Assembly: GCF_016433145.1 (NCBI RefSeq)
Contig: NC_058133.1
Coordinates: 250,630,020-250,680,148 of the forward strand
Origin: Gracilinanus agilis
Taxonomy: Eukaryota
Length of the DNA: 50,129 nucleotides
Direction: 5' to 3'
Shown here: positions 12,136 to 44,683 of the stretch, piece by piece
How the letters are laid out: every line of letters starts with the position of its first letter
How positions within the stretch are numbered: the first letter of the stretch is position 1
Notes under the pieces: model-generated
Told to the model about the DNA's origin: nothing
What the model saw: only the letters and a program-made list of their open reading frames with translations
The model's database searches: none
Translations under genes and position numbers: made by a program

Positions 12136-14204
12136 TCAGGGACTACTAAAAGGGCTTCTTGGAGGGATAGTATGGGGGTTCTTTCTATCTTTGTTCATTT
12201 GAGTCACTGAATAGAGTAGTGGTGGTGGTATGTGAGTGGGTAGGATGTTGGGTGTGTGCGTGGGATCACTAGATGCTTGATTGTGAGTGACCAGACTGAG
12301 TCAACAGAGAGCCCTTGAAGGTGGAAACAGGAAAAGTCTTGGAATCTTCTCATGGGGGTCACTCTATTAGGAGGGATCTGGACCTGGAGGGAAGAGATAA
12401 AAGGAAACAGGAGGAAATCAAGACATGTTTGCGATGCAATAGAAGATAGTATAGTGATTAGAAGAGCATTTGCCCCACACTCCCAACCCCAGTCCCATTC
12501 CCCCAGCTCACTCTATTATACAGCTAATGAAACCTAGAAATAAAGAGGCAGCTGAGAGGGAAAGGAGCAGGATCCTGGTTTCCCTCAGATCCTGGTGTCC
12601 TGTGGGAAAGAAGGTGGAGTAAGAAGGTTGTCAGGATGCAGCAGGTCCTTTCCTGCCCACTTTTGAAAGGGAGACCTAAAGAGAGGATGGTTAGAACTCT
12701 ATTGGAGTAGGAATTGAATCCCAGATGAGAGTTGGAGGGCTACATGATTGGGTACCCAAGGGGAGCTTCCAGAAAGGGGCAGACAAGGGACTTAGATACT
12801 TGGGCTGACCTGGAAAGCAACGCTTGAGAGCCCAGCATTGAACTTCAACAGCTTTGCACGTGGAGCAGTTGTAGAGAGTAGTTATTCCACCTGCAGGCCA
12901 CAGTGGGGGCTGCAACGTCGGCTAGTGGAGATAGCTTGGGGAGAGCCCTGCCCCCTCTCTCCTAGGGTCAGAGTGGTGATAGCAGCGTAGGAGCAGCCTC
13001 CCAGGAACAGGGATTCCTATTGGGTACTCGCTATTCATCCCTCTCCACCAATCTTAGTTCTCCTCGGAGATCCAAGTGATCAGACTACCCCTTTCCTCTC
13101 AACTCATTTGCTGTATACTCACGGCAGGCAGGAGGGCACAGAGCTGAGAAAAATCAAGAAGAAAACTTTTTGTCTCCAATCCAACACCCTCCCTCTCCCA
13201 CTCCAATGCTTCATAACCTTCAGGGTTCCCCAGGATCTCCCTCTGCCCTTCCCCTATGCCTGATACCTTGCCTCACAGATTCAGGAAGTTTAGTCTCTTG
13301 AAGCCATTGCCAATAGGAGGAAAGGGAGAACAGGGAACCTTTGATTTCTGGGAAAGAGGGCAGCAAATGGTTTGTTCATGAATCTTCTGTTTGGTCCCTA
13401 CTCCAAATCATCATTTCCATTTTTTATCAGTGATTCCAAACCACTCCTTTCCCCCTAGGCTTCCTATTTTTCTCCCCATGCTCCTCCAATTCCCATAGCC
13501 CTCCTGGTCCCCCATCCCTAGTACCCACTTTCTTATTCCCCTTCCCTCTCTTTTCACCATACTTCTTTTCCTCTTCTCTGATTATCACTTCTTCTATTCC
13601 ATGCCTTCTACCCATTATCTTTCCCAATGGTTCATTCTCCATTCTTCATCCACCTAAGATGCCTCCTCCTTTCTCCTCACCAAAGATACTCAATACTCTG
13701 TGTGTCTTCTCTGTGATTCTATTCATGGACACATCATCTGGGGAAGAAGGGAAGATAGGAAAGGGATAGAGAAAGTTTTAGAGATCCTGGAGAGTAAAGT
13801 CCCCCTCCAAATGATATATAATTTTCCTTCATGGATCCTCTGGACCCACATTGAAAGTAGATCCAGAATAATAAGATCCAGGGGAGATCTTAGGAAGAGA
13901 TTTACTGGAAAGGACTATTATATGGAGGTGTGAAGAAAATTAGGAGCTTGAGGAGAAGCATGAAGAACTAGATCCCTAAGAGGCCTGGAGGAGAAGCTAG
14001 AACTAAGACTAGAGGAGAAGATTCCTAGTTCCCACCTAAGGCAAAGGCTGAGAAATTCCAGCTGCTTTTACAGTTTTCCCACTCTGAACTTATCTGATCG
14101 CAGAGATGAGCCACGCGTCCAGAAAGGTCTCTAGAGGGGAGGCGGCAGAAGATACAGGCTTGGGAGGTGCCCAGGCAAAGATAGCCAAGCATTAGGACCC
14201 ACAT
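12136..14204 (-). CDS. TMEM95: Sperm-egg fusion protein TMEM95; 7 exons; last-exon acceptor ambiguous (169 aa ending at 12301 or 218 aa ending at 12136)
   Basis: Exons 14204-14036 (MWVLMLGYLCLGTSQACIFCRLPSRDLSGR...), 13737-13681 (DVSMNRITEKTHRVL), 13347-13267 (SYWQWLQETKLPE), 13143-13123 (LCPPAC), 12890-12810 (TTLYNCSTCK...CWALKRCFP), 12599-12512 (hydrophobic TM segment), then acceptor at 12313 or 12295. GT-AG, phases consistent; signal peptide, CxxC, NCST sequon; synteny after KCTD11. Confidence 0.93.
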
Positions 14205-15410
14205 GAGAACCGGAATGAGGACTTTGGTTGAAATAAGATATAGGATACTGATTCCGTCCACTTTGACTATGGGGCTCTTTATTACTGGGTTCTAGAACCC
14301 CAAGAATATTCCAACTTGAAGGATAGCAGGTGAGTGGGTAGGGTCTCAGAATACAGGGGCGGGGTAGGGGTGGAAATATATTACAGTATAGAAGTCTAGA
14401 TTTCTATAAACCCAGCACCTTACATAACACTGATATCCTTTGGGGTTGTTGGTCAGTGATGCTTTCTATAAGCCTATAAGGGCAAGGTCACTATTAATTT
14501 TCCAGTGAGGGAGTGTAATATTTTAACACAGTGCCTGGCATATAGTAAACACTTAATAAATTCTTGTTGACTGATGGATTGACTGAACTGGCCAGCAGGT
14601 GTCCATCTATTTGGAACAAGAGCCCAGCTGTGTAAATTACTCTGTGGTTCATGAAAAAAGCTGCCTTTTTAGGAGACTGCAGAATAATTGCTGGCCACCA
14701 GAGGGGGCACAGCACAGAAAATCCTGCTCTGATCTTCCACTGCCAAGTAGGGGAAGGGAAGGGAATAAGCAGTTTAGGCACTTCACAGATATCCCATCTG
14801 ATCCTCACAACAACCCTTGGAGGTACATGCAGAAATCTTCCAGCAGCAGCAATTTTGATGGATCCATAGAGAAACTCAAAATATTAGTCAATCAACATGC
14901 ATTTATTAAATGACAACTAAATGCCAAGAGCTCTACTAGGTGATCGAGATACAAAAAGAAATCAAAATAGCATCTCTGACCTTCAAAAACCTTAAGATCT
15001 ATTGGGGGAAATGGCATTTATATATCTTTCACTATTACACTTTTCACTGTTATTGTTTTGACTTGTGATTTCATTGGTATAGAGATCTTCCAGGGAAGGA
15101 ATTCTACCAAATACAGATAAGAATTTGTTTTGCAGCTTCTCAGAGAGGCCCATAGCAATGGGAAAAGCCTGTTTATGGAAGATGAGATTTGAGATCGGAC
15201 CTGAAAGAAGCCAGGAGGCAGAGATGAGGAGGGAGAGAACTCCAGGCAAAGGGAATAACCCAGTGGAAAATGTACAAAGTTGGGAGGTGGGATATCTTTC
15301 AGGGAACAGCAAGAAGTCTAGTATCTTTGAATCAAAGAAAGAAGTGGTATAAGAAAACTGGAAAGGTAGGAAGGGGCCAAGTTATAAATGGCTTTAAAAG
15401 CTAACTAGAC

Positions 15411-15624
15411 GGGGGCAGCTGGGTAGCTCAGTGGATTGAGAGCCAAGCCTAGAGACGGGAGGTCCTAGGTTCAAATCTAGCCTCAGCCACTTCCCAGCTG
15501 TGTGACCCTGGGCAAGTCACTTGACTCCCATTGCCTACCCTTACCACTCTTCTGCCCTGGAGCCAATACACAGTACTGACTCCAAGACGGAAGGTAAGGG
15601 TTTAAAAAAAAAAAAAAAAAAAAA
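15411..15624 (+). mobile_element. Young SINE1_Mdo-type SINE
   Basis: Full-length head and core, 21-A tail, AAAAGCTAACT repeated at both flanks. Confidence 0.85.
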
Positions 15625-16550
15625 GCTAACTGAATTTAGACCCTGGAGGGTTCAAGGGGAGGTGATACTGTCAGATTTGCCCTTTAGGATGATCAATTTT
15701 ATAGCTGAGCAGAGTTTGTGAGGCTGGTAGACCCTCTAGCAGGCTATCTAAATGGTGCAGGCTTGAGGTGATGAGGGCCTACACCAAGTGGGTGACAGTA
15801 TCAGACGACAGAAGGGAGAATATACAAAGATAGAACCAACCAACCAAAGCAAAGGCCTTAGTAGAATGGAATGGGGGCAAGGGTGAGAAATGATGGGACA
15901 TCATATTCCATTATTCTAGCTAGATTTCTGATCTTGGGCTTGAATGAAGAGAGAGAAAGGTAATGAATTTCTCATGCAAGAATAATCAGAAATTGCTCTA
16001 TCAGTTGCTTTCTCTATGAGTCATGTCCCCAGGTCTAGGGGAAAACAATTCAAGGAGAGAAAAAGAGCAAGCAAGGACACAGGTGATACATATAGTTTCA
16101 GAGCAGCCCACCTCTACTTTTGTGTATAGAGTTGTACCTAGGGAAGGGCAAGTGGAACTTTATCTCAAGACATGGATATAGTTAGAAGGATATTCTTCCC
16201 CCTGGTAGTGGTTCAGAGACTACCATCTATTTTCCTCAGGGAAAAATACTACTCTCTCACCTAGTACCATCCAATATGTTCAGACATTCCATCACTGTGG
16301 TATCTTTCTCTTCCTCCCTAGTCCCAAAGAGAGTTGGGTCACTCCCTCTCCTGATACAACTGTATACATGGTCATCCTGTCCTCTGTCACTACTATCTTT
16401 TCTCCAAAGATTTTTTCCCCAAGGTGAAAAGATTCCTACTTCCAACTCTGTTGCATATTCAATTTCCAACACATCTCTTCATATACCCACCCTGACCCTC
16501 TCCCCTTCTCCCACAGATTTCACAAGTTTACAGTATAAAAAGGTTTTACT

Positions 16551-16556
16551 TTTATT
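16551..16556 (-). terminator. Candidate distal KCTD11 polyadenylation signal
   Basis: TTTATT on plus = AATAAA on minus, about 1.05 kb after the stop codon, in an AT-rich context. Confidence 0.5.
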
Positions 16557-17608
16557 GTTTCTTAGACATTTCTTATTAGATATGAACAATAAATAGTAAC
16601 TTTTTCTGAAAAAAAGATCTGTGCAAAATAGAAGAGTAAATATTCCATTTCCTTTTCCTCCTTTCCAATCTTCTTCATAAATTTGTTGTATTGAATTTCT
16701 CTTTCAGCCCAGGGCAATACTATATACACTATAGTGAAACCTAGCATCAGAACCATCGTTATTAGAGCAACCTATAGCTACACAATAATTGCCTCAGAAG
16801 CCCAAATAGGCCCAGAGCTTTTGTCTCCAGGCTCTCTCAGAGACAGAGATGCACAAAGACAGGTTTACCCCTGTTGACAGAGGGCTGTGGATACATTCAT
16901 ATATACACCCTATTGTTCAATAAAAAAATCTACCCATCCATTGGATGCACATAAATGCACACACCCTGTGCCAATCCAGTCATTCCACAACAAGGAACAA
17001 CACTGTAATAGATACTCTCCAAAACAGACCTGGACAAGCCCTGAGTCTGGGAAAGAAGTAAAGTCAGAGATCAAAAGGCAAATGACAGATTCTATTGTCA
17101 TCCAGAGACATATAGCACTACTAATCACAGAGGAAGACTCCCTGCCCCACCCCTCACTCCCTGTCAGCATGAAACATAGGGACAGGGTATGGGATCAGTC
17201 CTTCAATAAGCATTTATTATACCAAGTTTATGGATAATACTTGGATTCTCACAATTCACACCCCCCCCCCCAATTTGGAATCCCTTTTGATATTTTCTCT
17301 TCTCTTCAAGTCTGAGCTTCAGTAGAGGGCCATAAGGTGCCCTCCAAATTTCATAGCCCTTTAGGGGGCTGATCAGAATCCTTAGGTTAGAAGAGAGGGG
17401 AGGGTTGGTTTTCCAATTTTCTATCCCTCCCTAGATTGAAGCTCCAGTCAAGAGATAGACAGGGAGTCCCCCTTAACTCTCACAGCTCCTACCTCTTCCA
17501 AGTCATTCCAGAAAGTCCTAAATCTCTTACAGATCTAAGAGGAGTAGAGATTGCACCCCCCAACTTTATTGACTCTTCTTTTTTTCCCCCAAACCAAGTC
17601 ACTATCCT

Positions 17609-18427
17609 TCAATGTCGGACAAAACGCAGTGATCGAGAGTTGAGCAGGTCCTCAGGGTCAGGGAAGACAGAGTCAAGTCGAAAGCCATGTTCCAGAGCCA
17701 CCTGGAGCACTTCCTCCAGGAATCCAGGTGTTCCCAATACCTCCCGCCTCTCACCTGCCTCTCCTACTACCCACAGTTGTTTCAATCCTAGACGTCGATA
17801 CTCAACCTCCGGGAGCCCTTCTGGGCAGGGAGCCCATTCCAAATGGAAATGGGGACTTCCTTCTCCTCCTTCCCCTTCAGCAACTCCAAACCGGGTCCGG
17901 AGCACCCCAAGACAGGTGGGATCTGTGCAGAAAATATTGGCCCTAAAGGTGTCAACTCTGGCAGCACTGAGTTCATAGTGGTGGGGGCCTCGACGAGCTG
18001 AGAAGTGGACCAGTCGGGGGGTGGCATCCACATCTGCATGGAATAAGGCAGCTGTGACCACCTCAGTTCCCTGAGTTACTTCCAGTTCCCTGAGTGCATC
18101 TAGTAGGGGCTGGATCTGGTAGAAATCAGCCTCGGCTCTCAGGAGAGCTGTCTCCCCATACCCCCTAGGTAAGTCCAGGCAGCCCAGGCGCAGGAAATTG
18201 AGGATGTGACGGAAGGCTTTACCATCCCTGTCGATAAAATAGTAGCTGCTACCCAGGGGACCAGAGTTGGATGGTAGTGCTGCACCCTCTCTGAACATGG
18301 CCCCTAACATTGAATCTGGGAATCGAGTCAGAGTTTCCAGGGTGGTAGCATACAGTGTTCCCCCCACATTCAGTGTCACAGGCCCCCCAAAAGAGGGTGC
18401 CTGGGAAGGCATCGGAGGAGGGGGAAT
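17609..18427 (-). CDS. KCTD11: BTB/POZ domain protein KCTD11 (REN), single coding exon; start at ATT 18427 (272 aa), ATG 18412 (267 aa) or ATG 18310 (233 aa)
   Basis: Translation contains GPVTLNVGGTLYATTLETLTRFPDSMLGAMF, YFIDRDGKAFRHILNFLRLG and the KCTD11 C-terminus DSVFPDPEDLLNSRSLRFVRH*; TGA at 17611-17609; lies directly downstream of ACAP1 as in human. Confidence 0.96.
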   Translation of the reverse strand: MPPPPMPSQAPSFGGPVTLNVGGTLYATTLETLTRFPDSMLGAMFREGAALPSNSGPLGSSYYFIDRDGKAFRHILNFLRLGCLDLPRGYGETALLRAEADFYQIQPLLDALRELEVTQGTEVVTAALFHADVDATPRLVHFSARRGPHHYELSAARVDTFRANIFCTDPTCLGVLRTRFGVAEGEGGEGSPHFHLEWAPCPEGLPEVEYRRLGLKQLWVVGEAGERREVLGTPGFLEEVLQVALEHGFRLDSVFPDPEDLLNSRSLRFVRH

Positions 18428-19199
18428 TTTGAGGAGCACAGGAGATATACTGATGGGAAAGAAGAGTCTGGGTTTCTGGGGTATGGTAGAGAAACTGATT
18501 TGTAGATTCACACCAGATGGCTTTGAGGTAGGGAATAGTTTAGGGGTACCCAGCAGCTACCTCTCTGGCACACCTCAGCAAAATTAGCAGTAGAGAATAT
18601 TTTCAGGGTATAGAAAAATTTGGGGATACAGTACAGTCCTGGGATTGTCCTGTGGCTGGTTCCAAAGACAAAAAGCAGTTTGGGAGTGCGTCTCAGCTGG
18701 TTAGGGATGTTGAACCAAATTAGTGGCAGAGACCAGCTTGTGTGAGATAAACAGCTGGCCTGTTGGTTCAGAAATGCTGAATTCGGAGTACTCCAAGATG
18801 TGTGTGAAGAACTTTTTCTGAGGTACCTGAAGATTTCGTTTCAGGGTTCCAGCCGACAGATGGGCGGGACAGAGGCTGATTTCTGGGTGATCGGAGAGGG
18901 GAAATAGCAATGCAGTCTTTTGGAGGGGAGGAGGAGTCACTTGGTCGCAGTTTCTTCACAGTTCCCAGCAGAAGATATCCTAGAGCTGGCGCCGATATTT
19001 TGGGGAGCAGATCCAAACGTCTAGCGTTTCCAGTTCCCAAGTCAGGGAGTGGGGAGCCAAAGGGAGGCTGGAAGGGGTTGTGACTTCAGGGATGGGGTGG
19101 GGTAGCCAAGCCGTCCCTTCAGTAGGTTTCGGGGCTCGCTCCAAATTCGGCAGGGGTGGGAATGGTCTCAGAGAGCCGATCTGGACCCGGGATTTCGGG

Positions 19200-19440
19200 G
19201 GCCGCGCCCAGGATAGGATCCGCCGGCGTCGGCAGCAGAATGGATCCTCTGCTCTTCAGGAAGTAGAAGTAACAACGCAGACGTGATGGGCCCTTTAAGA
19301 GACAGGCCCGCCCCCTCGGAGCCCTACCCCTCCCTCCCCACCCCCTGCTGCGTCGGCTTGTTCTCCCTTTTGGGGACAAGGGCTGAGCTGGACGGTCATC
19401 TCCCGCCCCCGGGATGGGGAGGGGAGGAGAGAGGGAAAGA
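19200..19440 (-). promoter_or_regulatory. KCTD11 core promoter / CpG-rich region
   Basis: GC box GCCCGCCCCC 19306-19315, TATA-like CTTAAAG on minus strand at about 19293-19299, ACGTG core 19281-19285, local CpG enrichment; about 0.85 kb upstream of the CDS. TSS is inferred near 19265. Confidence 0.55.
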
Positions 19441-20270
19441 CCGAGGGGGAAGAGCTGAATATGGGATGCGGAATTCCCTGGAGGCTGGAGAGGAGGGTGC
19501 GGGGTAGATCCAACGCCCTCCCTACTCCTTCCCCATGCCTGGGTACCCCAGGGGAGGGGAGAGGGCAGTCAGGGAAGACTTCCTTAACTCTCTCCAAGGG
19601 AGGCAATGACTTTCTGGGGGTGGAGGTTTCCCGACATTAGAGGGTCTTCCAACAAAGAGGATTAGCTCGCTCCGAAGTTGTGCAAGGGGACTATTACTCT
19701 TACTAAGGGTTGCTTAGGATGGATGCCTGAATGGCCCCGACAGTGATTCCTTCCTACTTTGAGCCTGGGGCTTGGGCCACTAACACTGAAAGCATCTCGG
19801 GCTGCCTAGGGACACCTGAGTCCAAGGCGCCCAGACGTCCCCTACTCCTAAGGTTCTAAAGAGCCAGAGGTTTTAGATTGCAGTGGACTGAAGCTAATAG
19901 CCTGGGCTCCGGGAAAATTCCGGGGGGGGGGGGGGGGAGGAAAAGAACTCGGAATTCCTGCAGACAGAGTCGCTGAGACATCACATTCCGGGTATCTTGG
20001 GAGGGTGGGGTCAGAGAGACAGGGAACCTCAGCCTTGAAACTCTCCCTGGAAATAATTGGCCTCCTTTCCGTGGCCCCCTTTGGGGGGGGGGGGGTCAAG
20101 ATTTGAGAGGAATAGGAAAAATGTCCCAACCTATGGAAAAAGAAAGCTGGGGCCAGATTCCTGGGTCAGTTGGGTTCCCCTCTACCCCTAAGAGGTAGGG
20201 AAGGCTCACCCATACAGGAGGGAAGGATTGACTGCTCTTCTGGCTAACCTTTCATCAAGTCTATATGCTT

Positions 20271-20460
20271 GGGGGCAGCTAGGTGGCTCAGTGGATTAAG
20301 AGCTAGGCCTAGAGACCAGAGATCCTGGGTTCAAGTTCTATCTCAGATACTTCCTAATTGGTGACCCTGAAGCAAATCACTTGACCATTGCCTAGCACTT
20401 ACCTGTCTTCTGCCTTGGAACCACACAGTATTGATTCTAAGATGGAAGGATGAGGCTTTT
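20271..20460 (+). mobile_element. SINE1_Mdo-type SINE between ACAP1 and KCTD11
   Basis: GGGGGCAGCTAGGTGGCTCAGTGG head, family body and tail. Confidence 0.8.
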
Positions 20461-20463
20461 ATT
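20458..20463 (-). terminator. Candidate ACAP1 polyadenylation signal
   Basis: First AATAAA on the minus strand after the ACAP1 stop (251 nt downstream). Confidence 0.5.
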
Positions 20464-20713
20464 TTTTAAAAATACTCTTACATGTTTCACCCCAGAACTA
20501 AGGGTCTTCTGAAACATCCTGAGCTAGCTATGCCTAGAGTCCCTGAAATCTGCCCCAAATCCCTTAGCTTTTTGTAGGTTTTTCCCCCCCTCCACTTCTA
20601 TCTCTCTCTCAATCCACACCTCTACACCAGTACAGTGGAGACATATTGGTAGCTGAGAAATCATTTTTAAGTGAATGATTCCAAGGGAAGATTGGGGGTC
20701 TAAGTGCTCCAGT

Positions 20714-43990
<23,277 letters not shown>

Positions 43991-43999
43991 CTTGGGTGC

Positions 44000-44300
44000 T
44001 GTGGAGAAGAGAGCTAATTCTCTCTGGGGTGGAAGTGGAAATGTAAAGAAGGCTCACCCCCAGAGAGGAGGAAGGGGATGATATAAGAGTTTAAGGAGAA
44101 AAAGCGTTTATTTCTACGGGAGGTCTTCTCACCCCAGGGGAAAGGGGTGGCAAATGAAAGACACCCTCCGTTGTCAGGACTGACTGGGAGTGGCAGAAGG
44201 TGGGGCCTGAGACTGGTGGAGGAGGTCTGAGATCAGAGTAATGATCCCTCCCCTTCTTGGGTGTCTGCCCCATCATGATGCTTCCTTCCTCAAGTCCCTA
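44000..44300 (-). promoter_or_regulatory. ACAP1 proximal promoter / 5' UTR region
   Basis: Immediately upstream of ATG 43990; ETS-type GGAAGT core near 44031-44036; purine/pyrimidine tracts. Confidence 0.4.
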
Positions 44301-44591
44301 GGCCTCTATGTCCTTCATTCCCATCCCTTGTTTTCTACTACTCCCATAATTTCTCCTACGAGTCTGTTTTGTTTCCAGAATTTCCAACTTCATGTTCTTA
44401 CTTTACATCCCAGATTCACATCCAGTAGAATATGAATGTGCCTTATTATTTCACTTCCTGGATTCTTTTGTATCAACCCATGCTTTCCCTTCCCCTACTT
44501 CTCTCTTTTCCTACTCATTTCCTTATTGCCTAGGACCCATCCATCCATTGAATCCCATGCACCTGGACTCGACTCCTTTTTTTTGTTGTCC

Positions 44592-44597
44592 TTTATT
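44592..44597 (-). terminator. Candidate polyadenylation signal of the I-2 paralogue
   Basis: AATAAA on minus strand 87 nt after the modelled TAG (44686-44684). Confidence 0.55.
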
Positions 44598-44683
44598 GTC
44601 CATCTCTGGGTGGTCACAGACTGGAGAAGTGGGGGTATCTGTAGTGTCTCCCCCTCCCTCTCTTCCCCAGTTTCCTAAGTCGG

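Noticed and set aside
13259-13266. GTATCA donor (TMEM95 exon 3) and GTATAA donor (ACAP1 exon 19) as minor-spliceosome introns
   Set aside because: Neither matches the U12 consensus GTATCCTT.
14205-14261. N-terminal extension of TMEM95 in the ORF track
   Set aside because: Starts at GTG; ATG 14204 matches the known signal-peptide start.
17436-17978. 180-aa plus-strand ORF
   Set aside because: Antisense shadow of the KCTD11 CDS, Ser/Pro-rich, TTG start, no recognisable domain.
18428-18511. 300-aa KCTD11 ORF start in the track
   Set aside because: The first codon (18511-18509) is GTG, not ATG, and the added 28 residues have no recognisable homology; real starts are more likely 18427, 18412 or 18310.
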